Made by a program: the position numbers and the translations under genes. This document shows, in pieces, positions 20,359-28,846 of a stretch of 38,790 bases of DNA. Source of the DNA: a virus. Its lineage: Duplodnaviria > Heunggongvirae > Uroviricota > Caudoviricetes. The notes under the pieces are model-generated. The model was not told the origin of the DNA. It was given only the letters and a program-made list of their open reading frames with translations, and did no database searches. The DNA is taken from IMG/VR virus record IMGVR_UViG_3300042348_001285, one strand, 5' to 3'. The number at the start of each line of letters is the position of its first letter. Positions within the stretch are counted from its first letter, which is position 1.

Positions 20359-21492
20359 TTAATCCTTAGAATAGTCTTTGACTCCGTCATACAAAATGTC
20401 GATAACTTTGGCAGCGTCATTGTTTGATAGCTTGGCCCATGGGCCTTTCTCGTAGGACGGCAACGGTTGTCTGACTTGGGTTATAATCATCCGGGTAATT
20501 TCGTTGTCGGAGATGCCATGGCTTCTGAGCGCATCGTAAACCCTGGGTAGATTGTCCCTCATTTTTAGTAAATTCTGGGGAGCATCTCCTTTGATTGACC
20601 CTTTATGTACCCCCAATTGGGGGTCAAATTTTGAATTGTAGTCTCCAGAAGTCATAGAATTAATTTTACTAGGGTCGAAAGTTGAACCCTTTGGTAAAAA
20701 ACCTCTGTTGGTAAAAACCCCTAATGCCTCGGATAACGCTGCTTTGACATTTCGTTGTGATAATCCCATGTCAACAAACCTGGACTTACCGTTTTTATCA
20801 ATCAGAACATTACCACTATGTGCATCGTTGTGAGCTATCCCGAGCCTATGGACCTGTGATCTCAAGAACCAGTAAGCATCTCCAATAGAGGTCTTTCCAA
20901 CTCTGTCCGAAGACTTACTGAAATTACCATAATCTTTACCCGGGACCCGGCTCATAACTATGCGTCCATTTGTAATATAAACACCGTGCTCTACTATAGG
21001 TTTGCCTTTGGCTATTTCACCATACACCAGTTTGGGGCCCAAACCGGCTTTACCCAAGATTTGAGTTATTTCAGCTTCCGTTGTACTCACTTGGCCACGC
21101 TTAACAGCATAGCCCGGGTTACCTTTTACCAGGAGCACAGTACCAAATGCACCTTCCCCTAATTTGGTCCCCTTATCTATGGACCCCGACCAGTCAAATT
21201 GATCCTTAGTACCATTAATGACCCTGCCTACCTTGAAACTAGAGTCAAAATCAGAAGCATCTCTAACCCACTGTGTATTACTGGTGACTGCTTTATCCTG
21301 ATTTTTAAGTGGCTTTTGATTTACATTAAATACAGATTTTATGTTAGGCTCAGCATCTGGTCCCACCTTCTTTAAAAAAGTAGACAGACTTTCGGACATC
21401 TCGTCACCTAGCTCTAACTCGCAAATATCAGTTTTTGTTATGCAAGAGTACCTACATGACTTCCCAATTGAGCATCTCTTTTTCCTAAGCAC
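20359..21492 (-). CDS. Protein kinase-fold protein with N-terminal four-Cys leader (GTG start)
   Basis: Gly loop LGEGAFGTV, YAVK, alphaC Glu (EAEI), catalytic loop HNDAHSGN, FVDMG; leader KKRCSIGKSCRYSCITKTDIC. Confidence 0.85.
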   Translation of the reverse strand: MLRKKRCSIGKSCRYSCITKTDICELELGDEMSESLSTFLKKVGPDAEPNIKSVFNVNQKPLKNQDKAVTSNTQWVRDASDFDSSFKVGRVINGTKDQFDWSGSIDKGTKLGEGAFGTVLLVKGNPGYAVKRGQVSTTEAEITQILGKAGLGPKLVYGEIAKGKPIVEHGVYITNGRIVMSRVPGKDYGNFSKSSDRVGKTSIGDAYWFLRSQVHRLGIAHNDAHSGNVLIDKNGKSRFVDMGLSQRNVKAALSEALGVFTNRGFLPKGSTFDPSKINSMTSGDYNSKFDPQLGVHKGSIKGDAPQNLLKMRDNLPRVYDALRSHGISDNEITRMIITQVRQPLPSYEKGPWAKLSNNDAAKVIDILYDGVKDYSKD

Positions 21493-21496
21493 GGAG

Positions 21497-21931
21497 TCAA
21501 CCCCCGTTTAGTAAAGTCTCTAGTCTAGCGATTCGGTTTGATACTGTGTCTATCTTTTCGGAATATGACAATTCTTCACCCGTGGCGATTCGGTGATCAT
21601 CGGTTTTCTTTCTGGCTAGGTCCAAGGTAGCCATCTTGGCATCAATGTCTTCGCGCTTCTTGACTAGTTCCTTAACTTGCTTCATTTGTTCTTGCAAGGA
21701 TTGAAACGCACCCCGCTGACGGGAGATTTTCATTTTCTCATTTAGGGACTCTATTTGGCTGGTTAAATCCGTATGCTTTTTCCCAAGGTCTCCATACTCG
21801 CTATAACTAGGTCGAAGGCCCAGGACTACTGTAGGCTCCATTACAGTACCTTTGGCATAATCTGTGGGCTTATGGGAATAAGCTTGGATCGCCTTATCGT
21901 ATGCTTCTTTTGAGATTTTATCTTTTCTCAT
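21497..21931 (-). CDS. Coiled-coil hypothetical protein
   Basis: 144 aa with heptad-rich helices and two SYSE motifs. Confidence 0.6.
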   Translation of the reverse strand: MRKDKISKEAYDKAIQAYSHKPTDYAKGTVMEPTVVLGLRPSYSEYGDLGKKHTDLTSQIESLNEKMKISRQRGAFQSLQEQMKQVKELVKKREDIDAKMATLDLARKKTDDHRIATGEELSYSEKIDTVSNRIARLETLLNGG

Positions 21932-21955
21932 TTTAAGAGTCCATTATGTTTTCTT

Positions 21956-21961
21956 TTACCC
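21956..21961 (-). promoter_or_regulatory. Representative copy of the recurrent GGGTAA/GGGTATAA upstream motif (candidate late promoter)
   Basis: Found ~20-45 nt upstream of 12 gene starts, always on the coding strand; positions are listed in the findings. Confidence 0.65.
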
Positions 21962-21969
21962 TAACCAAT

Positions 21970-22728
21970 TCAACGTATAGTCGAGTCTAAAGTCTCAGTA
22001 CTGGTTTTGAGGGGGTTCTCTAAATTAATATCTTTTTTATATTTTAAAGATGTGGGGAGATTGTGAATTCCGATTAAGTGCTTATTGACTATTTTGGCAC
22101 TCCCCGTGAAGTCGCACTCAGGGCACACCCATTTTTGGCGATTTGTTTCGGACATTCTTTTAGAATGCTCTTCAGGGGGTATGCCACAAACACCCACTTT
22201 TCTTTCCTTAGTTGTTTGTCCCCCTCTTTTACCCCCCTTTTTACCAGCCTCCCTCTTTTGGTCTTTTGTCATTGAAGCCAACCCCTTACCTTCTCTCCAA
22301 GTACGGCGAGCTATTTCTGCTCTTTCTTCGGGGGTAATTAAACCTAGACCCAAGGGGTAAGATGCCTTACCAGCTTTCCTAGCATACTCAACCCGGTTTT
22401 CGTATAACCATCCCCCCGGGGACATAGCTATAGTGCCATAAATATACCCTAAATTTACTATGTGCCCAGTCTCTTTATTAATATTTCCACTTCTAATTCC
22501 ATTCAACACACAAATTGCTTTTACAATTTCTTCTTTGTTATAATAACCAGCTAAACCTTTCCAGGCTATCTTGTCTTCCATTTTTCCATGTAATCTCCAA
22601 TTTGCATAATGCCACATAGCGTGATTAGCGGTATCCATGTCACATTCTGTGACATTGACTAGGATAACATTCCCCTCAATATACTCCCCGCCCATGTGTC
22701 CAGGCAATATTCTATGCTTATGTTTCAT
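21970..22728 (-). CDS. Free-standing HNH homing endonuclease with C-terminal C2H2-like finger
   Basis: HKHRILPGHMGG...GNV...HAMWH...W...EDKIAWKGL; basic Gly-Lys repeats; CPECD...H...IH. Confidence 0.75.
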   Translation of the reverse strand: MKHKHRILPGHMGGEYIEGNVILVNVTECDMDTANHAMWHYANWRLHGKMEDKIAWKGLAGYYNKEEIVKAICVLNGIRSGNINKETGHIVNLGYIYGTIAMSPGGWLYENRVEYARKAGKASYPLGLGLITPEERAEIARRTWREGKGLASMTKDQKREAGKKGGKRGGQTTKERKVGVCGIPPEEHSKRMSETNRQKWVCPECDFTGSAKIVNKHLIGIHNLPTSLKYKKDINLENPLKTSTETLDSTIR

Positions 22729-22757
22729 TTAGTTTGGGCACAACCTTAATTATACCC

Positions 22758-23117
22758 TTACCACTTAACATCTTCAACCCATTTCCAAACATTGGACCAA
22801 TACGCAGCAGAAGATTTCCCCTTTGCAATATTTTTGGCATGTCTATCCTTAAAGGATTCCCTACGCTTTCGATACGCATCTGATTCTTCTTCTTTTTTAG
22901 GGGACCCCTTTACCCCCTGTTGACCAAAACGAATTAACTTTTCTTTATCATCGTAGCAGGCTTTGACAATGTGGGATTTTGAAGGATGATCGGGGGTTGC
23001 TCGGGGTTTATTACAAGCCATTTTAGACTTGTCATAAGTCTCCCCAAACTGCTCAGCAAACATGTTATAGAATGCCTCTAGGGCTTCATCGCTGAAATTT
23101 GCACTACCGTAAAGCAT
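22758..23117 (-). CDS. Small basic viral protein with acidic N-terminal leader
   Basis: Leader NFSDEALEAF followed by KSHIVKAC...KLIRFGQQG...RRESF..RH...SAAYWS..KW, a domain I recall from cyanophage and giant-virus proteins. Confidence 0.65.
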   Translation of the reverse strand: MLYGSANFSDEALEAFYNMFAEQFGETYDKSKMACNKPRATPDHPSKSHIVKACYDDKEKLIRFGQQGVKGSPKKEEESDAYRKRRESFKDRHAKNIAKGKSSAAYWSNVWKWVEDVKW

Positions 23118-23533
23118 TACTCTTTCTCTCCATGTTTCAAATAGTCTGCAATTGCTGTTAAACTGTGGGAAGCTTCTGAAATTTTTGATGCAATCCAGGG
23201 GTCTGAGTTGCTATTGGGGGTGATCATTCCTAAGGAAGTGACGATATTATCCTGCATTGATTTTAACTGAGTGATTAACATACCACCATTAGGTTCGAAA
23301 TCAGCGTTTCCTTCCCCCATGATAAAAGTCGATGGTTTTGTAGCGGGTTCTTTTTTCATGCCAGGGGCAATAGCCATCTTATCCATTGGGGTAAGATCGG
23401 GCTTTTGACCCCCTGATGCTTCACCAGATCTAGTCGCCCTGGAACCTTTAGCACCCTTGGCAGCATTCTCCACAAAATTCAAATCAAAGCCCAAACCTTG
23501 GAGACGTTTCCAATCGTACTCAGAAATAGTCAT
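23117..23533 (-). CDS. Hypothetical putative head-associated protein
   Basis: Leader YDWKRLQGLGFDLNFVE; C-terminal GM...QL...PW..SKI..A...L..IADYL domain. Confidence 0.6.
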   Translation of the reverse strand: MTISEYDWKRLQGLGFDLNFVENAAKGAKGSRATRSGEASGGQKPDLTPMDKMAIAPGMKKEPATKPSTFIMGEGNADFEPNGGMLITQLKSMQDNIVTSLGMITPNSNSDPWIASKISEASHSLTAIADYLKHGEKE

Positions 23534-23624
23534 TTTATCTCAGGAAGTAATTAATGTTACCCTGTGAGCGACAAGGATGTAATGCCAGGGGGGCTCAATT
23601 AACATAAAAAATACCGTGGGTCAC

Positions 23625-24344
23625 CTAGCGAGGCCACCATTTAAATAATTTCCGGAGCGGTGATGGCTGAATGAACCGTGTCCTCATGATTTCGGAAATT
23701 TCCAGGTACAGGTTTTCTAAGGTATCCTTATTGCTTTTTATTGTTAAATCAAATTTATTCCTTTCTTCAGTACCATACTGAACTGACAAGATTCCAATTG
23801 GCAAATTACCTACCTTAACCATCCTATTATAGAAACAGTCAATCCCATTCCTAGACAGATAGTCCTTACAAGCTTGAGGCAACTCCTCACTAAATTTCAC
23901 AGTCAACCAATCATTTTCTTTAAGCATGGCTTCAATTTCCCTTATGAAACTGCCTATTTGAATATCCTTTACCGGGGATGCCATAGCAGAACTATCTTTA
24001 GCTGTATAGGTATTGGTGGTGGACATTTTTTGGAGGTGGTACCCCGTAAAATCAACCTGCCCATTATGGAAGGAGCACAAAATAACCCTAGAAGCATTAG
24101 TTATGATGCCAATTTGAGCCAAACAAGTGTTGATTTCCTTTTCTTTCTCGATGTGATTTAGAAAGACATCTAGTTTATTTATAGTTCGGGGGGCAATCAC
24201 CTTGGTAACAAGGGCCCAAAGGGCAAACCCAAGGACCAACACGGAATCGCCGGTAAAAGTGAAATTGACTGGGGCTTGGGGAGCAGGTTGCGGAGCAGGT
24301 TGCGGAGCAGGGGCTCCTTGTTTGATATTGGTTAGAGTGGTCAT
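23625..24344 (-). CDS. Single-TM + GAF-like domain protein, possible T4 T-type holin (start revised to ATG 24344)
   Basis: PAPQ repeats, TM segment SVLVLGFALWALV, then ASRVILCSFHNG...PIGILSVQY GAF-like pattern. Confidence 0.5.
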   Translation of the reverse strand: MTTLTNIKQGAPAPQPAPQPAPQAPVNFTFTGDSVLVLGFALWALVTKVIAPRTINKLDVFLNHIEKEKEINTCLAQIGIITNASRVILCSFHNGQVDFTGYHLQKMSTTNTYTAKDSSAMASPVKDIQIGSFIREIEAMLKENDWLTVKFSEELPQACKDYLSRNGIDCFYNRMVKVGNLPIGILSVQYGTEERNKFDLTIKSNKDTLENLYLEISEIMRTRFIQPSPLRKLFKWWPR

Positions 24345-24357
24345 AGAATTTGGTAAA

Positions 24358-24858
24358 TTATTTGGTTTTAGAGTGCTTTTTCCAAAGGTCGTTATCAGCC
24401 TGGCGAGCCTTACCAACTCCTGTAATAAATGAATTCACTCTGGCTAATGCCCATTGCTGCGGGGAAACTCCGGGCCGGTGACCGGAACGCCATGCTGCGA
24501 TCCCTCTACTGTATACTTCTCCTAGGATACTAGCAGAAATTCCGGACTTCTCAGATTTTGCTTTTAGTGCCTTGCTAGACCCCTCTGAATACTTATCATC
24601 GAAGGCTTTAGTTGCGGGGGATTGAGGGATTTTTTCGTTTCTTTTCCTGAACTTATCGTCAGATTCCCAATCTTTGTATAGGTCTTTGGGTGATACTCCA
24701 GGGTCTTTAGCCTTTTGCATCGTTTCTTTAGCTTCTTCCTTGGCGATGGTTTGTTCCTTGGGGGTCAATCCTTTTTTATACCTAGCAGGTAGGGCCCTCT
24801 CTACAAACTGCAAATCAAAGCCAAGACCCTGTAGGCGGTTCCAGTCGTATTCCATCAA
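24358..24858 (-). CDS. DUF5824-like viral protein with N-terminal leader
   Basis: Leader YDWNRLQGLGFDLQFVE; C-terminal KSGIS...VYSRG.AAW.SGHRPG...QQWA.ARVNSF (family name from recall). Confidence 0.65.
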   Translation of the reverse strand: MMEYDWNRLQGLGFDLQFVERALPARYKKGLTPKEQTIAKEEAKETMQKAKDPGVSPKDLYKDWESDDKFRKRNEKIPQSPATKAFDDKYSEGSSKALKAKSEKSGISASILGEVYSRGIAAWRSGHRPGVSPQQWALARVNSFITGVGKARQADNDLWKKHSKTK

Positions 24859-25571
24859 TTGCCATCCGGTAAACCACTACCACCATTTTCAAGCCTTTGC
24901 CTGACAGTTTCCGGTAAACCAGATTCCCATTTGTTTTTGATTGCGATGCGGATGATGGCAGCCATAACCTTACGTGGATCAGCGGTGCGACCTACGGATG
25001 ACCATGCAGCAGCGACATCTTGGGGGCTAGCGATTGGGAAAGACATTCCGGGGCCTGCGAATTCCCCCTTTGTTTTTCCTGCCTTTAGTTTTTCCCTGGA
25101 CTCAGCATCCCATTCTTTGAATTTTGCTGAATTGCTTGGCTTCGCGTTACATGAGTTACATTTACAATTACCCGACTGGCAAGACTTACATCCCCCTTCT
25201 TTGAACGGTTGGGGAATTGACATCAGTTCGGTATCGTCTGCAAAGTTATATTCTTTTCTTTTAAGTTCTTTGAAAGAATCCATTCTAGCTTTGCGGCGAC
25301 CCATGATTTCTTTCATGGCATCTGCCCCATCCGCGTGGCTATCATAGTCCCTATTGACTAGGCTGGCCCTCCGTTCTCTGATGGCCTTATTGCCCTTTAG
25401 AATAGCCTCCTTGTGCATCGACAAGCCACCTTCAGGAGTGGGGGACCATTTACGGCCGATTTTATTCCTTTTCATCAACTGATCAGTAGAAATGGCATTA
25501 CTGGCATTTAACTGTCCCCCGACACCCGGCAAGAGTACAGAGGAGAAATCCATGTGTTCTCCGTAAGGCAT
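24855..25571 (-). CDS. Hypothetical putative head-associated protein with Cys cluster
   Basis: CKSCQSGNCKCNSC, then FAGPGMSFPIAS.QDV.AAW...GR (DUF6582-like, from recall). Confidence 0.6.
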   Translation of the reverse strand: MPYGEHMDFSSVLLPGVGGQLNASNAISTDQLMKRNKIGRKWSPTPEGGLSMHKEAILKGNKAIRERRASLVNRDYDSHADGADAMKEIMGRRKARMDSFKELKRKEYNFADDTELMSIPQPFKEGGCKSCQSGNCKCNSCNAKPSNSAKFKEWDAESREKLKAGKTKGEFAGPGMSFPIASPQDVAAAWSSVGRTADPRKVMAAIIRIAIKNKWESGLPETVRQRLENGGSGLPDGN

Positions 25572-25596
25572 AAGAGTAGTTAGAAACTTATTTCTT

Positions 25597-25917
25597 TTAC
25601 CCTTTGTCTTCGGTGTTTGTATCTGAGTTGTTATCTAAACTATTGTCCTTATTGTTTGACTTACCGGAACTCCCCTTGGCAGCCATCCCCAAAGCAGCAG
25701 CGGGTACTAGCAACGCTAAGAAGACATTGGCTGCGGATTTGGCAGTTTCGGAGAAACTATCGGATATTTTTAAGCAAAAAGCTGAGTAGGAATCATTTGG
25801 TGATTTCCTTAGGTTATTGCGACACGATATGTTTTCATACCCTATCATGGCAATTTGTGCTACAAAAATAGCCACCAAAGCTTTAACTAAAAATGCCCTC
25901 TCGTTGAATTCTTTCAT
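25597..25917 (-). CDS. Two-TM membrane protein
   Basis: Hydrophobic segments AFLVKALVAIFVAQIAMIG and VFLALLVPAAALGMAA flank a loop with two Cys. Confidence 0.6.
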   Translation of the reverse strand: MKEFNERAFLVKALVAIFVAQIAMIGYENISCRNNLRKSPNDSYSAFCLKISDSFSETAKSAANVFLALLVPAAALGMAAKGSSGKSNNKDNSLDNNSDTNTEDKG

Positions 25918-25967
25918 TGCCCTACAGCGAATCTACTTAGATTTACCCTTTGCTGACTGGTTAATTC

Positions 25968-26147
25968 TTAAAGGTAACGCATCCCCTCAATTACTTCGGG
26001 CGATACTTTACCTGAATTCTTTAATTCTTGGGCTGCCTTAAGGAGAGTTTGGGCCTTTTCTAAATCAGCAGGGTCTCTGCGGGCGACTTTATAAGCCCCC
26101 ATTAATTTTTGGTATTTTTTATCGGATTCAGACATTTTGCTTGCCAT
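25968..26147 (-). CDS. 59-aa helical protein coupled to the kinase (candidate immunity/partner; below the ORF-track cutoff)
   Basis: MASKMSESDKKYQKLMGAYKVARRDPADLEKAQTLLKAAQELKNSGKVSPEVIEGMRYL*; its ATG overlaps the kinase stop (TGATG). Confidence 0.7.
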   Translation of the reverse strand: MASKMSESDKKYQKLMGAYKVARRDPADLEKAQTLLKAAQELKNSGKVSPEVIEGMRYL

Positions 26148-27346
26148 CAGACCCCATCATATAGAAGGTCAATGTATTTCTTAGCCTGTTTGTCAGTGAT
26201 TTTTGACCAGGATGAGTTGGTATTGAAATACTCATCTTTTTGCCTAATGTTGGTATTTTGAAATTCTCTAACGTCAGAATCTGACAAACCATCAGCTTTC
26301 ATGGCTTCTACTACTGTTCTGATATTTGAACTAATTAAATTGAATATTTTTCCTTTTCCCTGGGAATACAACTGTCTCTCAGCTTGAAAGTCTGCCCCCG
26401 TCCTACCAGCACCACCTAAAGCCTCTGCAAGAGCTGCTTTACGGGAAACCTGGGCTAGCCCTAAGTCAACGAATCTTGCCACACCCTTATTGTCAATCAT
26501 GATATTACCGGCGTGAGTATCATTATGGGCTACACCCAACCTGTGAATTTTAGCCCTAGCTGTCCAGTAAGCGTCCCTTGTTGTTATACCGTTGACAACA
26601 TCGGGTGACTTATAAAGTGGAGTTCCTTGCACTACCCCCATCGCGATTCTGCCTGTGGCCACCCTATATCTCCCACCCCCGAATTCCCCGTGCTGGGCCG
26701 CAATAAATTTAGGCCCTATGCCTGCTTTGCCGACAATCTTGAGGGCTTCTGCTTCATGGAGACCTATTTCCCCAGCCTTAATACCTACATTCCTACCTAA
26801 CGCACCGTTCGGAACTTTGAAGAACGCCCCAAACATGCCAGCACCCATTTGAACTGCATTAGGGTTACCTACGGCGTTCCAATCAATGGATTTAGCTGCT
26901 TTACTACCGTCAACGTCCCTAAGTTTGAAACCAGGGGCGTCTATTACGTCGTAGACTTCTTTGGCTTTTGCGGGGAGGTTAACTGCGGGGGCCTTAGCCG
27001 TGGGTTTTGCTACTTGGACTTCGGCTGCGGGCTTTGCCATGGGGGCCTTAGCCGCCGGAACCTTCGCTACCGGTTTTGCTACTTGGACTTCTGCTGCGAG
27101 GGCCTTCACTACCGGTAACTTACGTTGGGCCAATATCTGATTAGCAACCTTAGTAATCACGGGGTTTAAAGCCCAAGGAATATCAACCATGCAAACATGG
27201 TAACCCGGGATGCAAGAAGCTCCGCAAGATTTACCCATCTTGCACTTTTTTTTCTTTAATTTGGGCAAATCAGGGCCACCTAGCCTAGCTATTTGGCCCC
27301 TCTTAGCGGCATTAATTTGAGCTTCTGTTCTTCCTAGGACTGCCAT
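26147..27346 (-). CDS. Protein kinase-fold protein with four-Cys leader and Ala/Lys/Pro linker
   Basis: MGAGMFG, VGIK, EAEA, HNDTHAGN, FVDLG; leader KKKCKMGKSCGASCIPGYHVC; repeated AAEVQVAKP linker. Confidence 0.85.
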   Translation of the reverse strand: MAVLGRTEAQINAAKRGQIARLGGPDLPKLKKKKCKMGKSCGASCIPGYHVCMVDIPWALNPVITKVANQILAQRKLPVVKALAAEVQVAKPVAKVPAAKAPMAKPAAEVQVAKPTAKAPAVNLPAKAKEVYDVIDAPGFKLRDVDGSKAAKSIDWNAVGNPNAVQMGAGMFGAFFKVPNGALGRNVGIKAGEIGLHEAEALKIVGKAGIGPKFIAAQHGEFGGGRYRVATGRIAMGVVQGTPLYKSPDVVNGITTRDAYWTARAKIHRLGVAHNDTHAGNIMIDNKGVARFVDLGLAQVSRKAALAEALGGAGRTGADFQAERQLYSQGKGKIFNLISSNIRTVVEAMKADGLSDSDVREFQNTNIRQKDEYFNTNSSWSKITDKQAKKYIDLLYDGV

Positions 27347-27382
27347 TGAAATTGGGGTATTTATGCTTTAAATTTACCCAAT

Positions 27383-27997
27383 TTATTCCTTGTCGTTGTA
27401 TTCCCCATCTTCATCATCATCATCGTCCTCATCTTCATCGCCACCTTCGCTAAGGATCTCATCGATTAGGGTATCAATTTCATCCTCATTTAGTTCTTCT
27501 TCCTCGACTTCGGACTCCTCATAAGGGTCTTCTTCGTATTGAGTTTCGTTGTCGTTGCTGTTGTCGTTGTCGTCAGAGTCACTTTCTGCGTCATCGTCAG
27601 AATCGCTCTCATCCGAACCCCAAATCTCTTCAGAAAGGCGTTTAAATTCTTCATCGGTTAGGAATGTTGAGTTTTCATCTGAATCTTTAATATCTTCGGC
27701 ATCTTCGGCATCTTCGGCATCGTCATCAACTTCACCGACACCATCGTCTGGGTCAGCGGGGAAATAATCGTCTGGATTAAATGGCTGGTTGGGTTTAAAG
27801 TCACGGGACATACCATCATTGGCTTTCCAGAGCCCGGTATGCTGAATCCAGGGGGATGTATTATGGACTACGTTAGTTGGCAACCCATTAATGGGGTCAA
27901 TTTCGTGATCTTCAGGGTTTGACAATTGAGCTGCATAAGCTGCGCGGAAAGCTTCAATAGCATCCTGTTCAAAATCGCCGTTGATTCTATTCGTCAT
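27383..27997 (-). CDS. Highly acidic D/E-rich protein
   Basis: C-terminal half dominated by D/E; a 9-bp repeat x3 at 27692-27718 encodes (DAE)3; leader GDFEQDAIEAF. Confidence 0.7.
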   Translation of the reverse strand: MTNRINGDFEQDAIEAFRAAYAAQLSNPEDHEIDPINGLPTNVVHNTSPWIQHTGLWKANDGMSRDFKPNQPFNPDDYFPADPDDGVGEVDDDAEDAEDAEDIKDSDENSTFLTDEEFKRLSEEIWGSDESDSDDDAESDSDDNDNSNDNETQYEEDPYEESEVEEEELNEDEIDTLIDEILSEGGDEDEDDDDDEDGEYNDKE

Positions 27998-28167
27998 TTG
28001 TTTAAGGGGTCGGTATTGGAAAGTTTAAGTGTTGGGGGGGGTGTTTGGGGTGTTGGGCCCTGGTCCATTCAGCTTTCAGTTTTTAGGCCTGTTTCAGCAA
28101 ATGTTGAAAGTGTGCCCCGGGACCTACTTAGACCAATGATTATTACCCATTGTGCTGGCGGTAGGGG

Positions 28168-28509
28168 TCACCACTTTTCAATTTTACCAGAAATATCTTG
28201 CAATAGTTTGCTATTGCCTTGAAGTTCCTCTTCATATTGTCTTATGGTGGCCTTGACTTCGGCCTTCAATTTACCCTCTTTAATGAGACGTTCCTTTCTC
28301 TCATCGTCAGTTTCTTCCTTTTCAGCGTGATTTCCGTCGGCACCGTCAGCATCATCAATAACCACGGGGTGAATCTCATGAGTTAACCTATCAAGGAGTT
28401 TATCCATAGAGTCTTTCAAGCCTTTCCTACATACGGAATCGGCAGAAATTTCCATGGGGCCGCAAGGAATCCTGTATAAGTCTCTAATTTTAGCCTCAGT
28501 TTTGTCCAT
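28168..28509 (-). CDS. Hypothetical protein
   Basis: 113 aa ORF tightly packed in the operon. Confidence 0.6.
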   Translation of the reverse strand: MDKTEAKIRDLYRIPCGPMEISADSVCRKGLKDSMDKLLDRLTHEIHPVVIDDADGADGNHAEKEETDDERKERLIKEGKLKAEVKATIRQYEEELQGNSKLLQDISGKIEKW

Positions 28510-28510
28510 G

Positions 28511-28846
28511 TCAAGCCCCTTCTCTAGGTTTTAAAATCCATTCATTTTCGTAATCCGTGTAATGGATACCTTTTCTTTTTTCTAATCTTCTGGCAGGGTC
28601 TTTCTTGTTGGCTTCCCTCATACCGTTTACCATGGTGTCCCGCATGGCCCTAAGTTTTTCCTTTGGCACTTCACAATGCGGGCTGTCCCTATAGCTTCTG
28701 TACCATTTACAAACTTCTGAGGGATCATCAGATTGTAACATCATGTTCCAGATTCCCATTTCTTGGCTACCGGTTAGCGTACCCACTGGTAATTTACCTT
28801 CTAGGTCTTCACGGGAGGGCCTATTAAATCTTGTGTCTCTTCTCAT
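28511..28846 (-). CDS. Hypothetical protein
   Basis: 111 aa ORF; its start overlaps the upstream stop. Confidence 0.6.
   Translation of the reverse strand: MRRDTRFNRPSREDLEGKLPVGTLTGSQEMGIWNMMLQSDDPSEVCKWYRSYRDSPHCEVPKEKLRAMRDTMVNGMREANKKDPARRLEKRKGIHYTDYENEWILKPREGA

Noticed and set aside
21932-22757. Group I intron surrounding the HNH gene
   Set aside because: Both flanking genes look complete, there is little non-coding space, and I found no convincing intron core on the coding strand.
27003-27091. 20-bp direct repeat resembling a mini CRISPR unit
   Set aside because: It is an in-frame coding duplication (AAEVQVAKP) in the kinase linker, with only two copies and no cas genes.
28000-28165. 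Intergenic stretch with a G8 run (28034-28041) as a second phase-variable switch or ncRNA
   Set aside because: The downstream gene has its own ATG and intact leader, the small upstream ORF is featureless, and I see no clear RNA structure.
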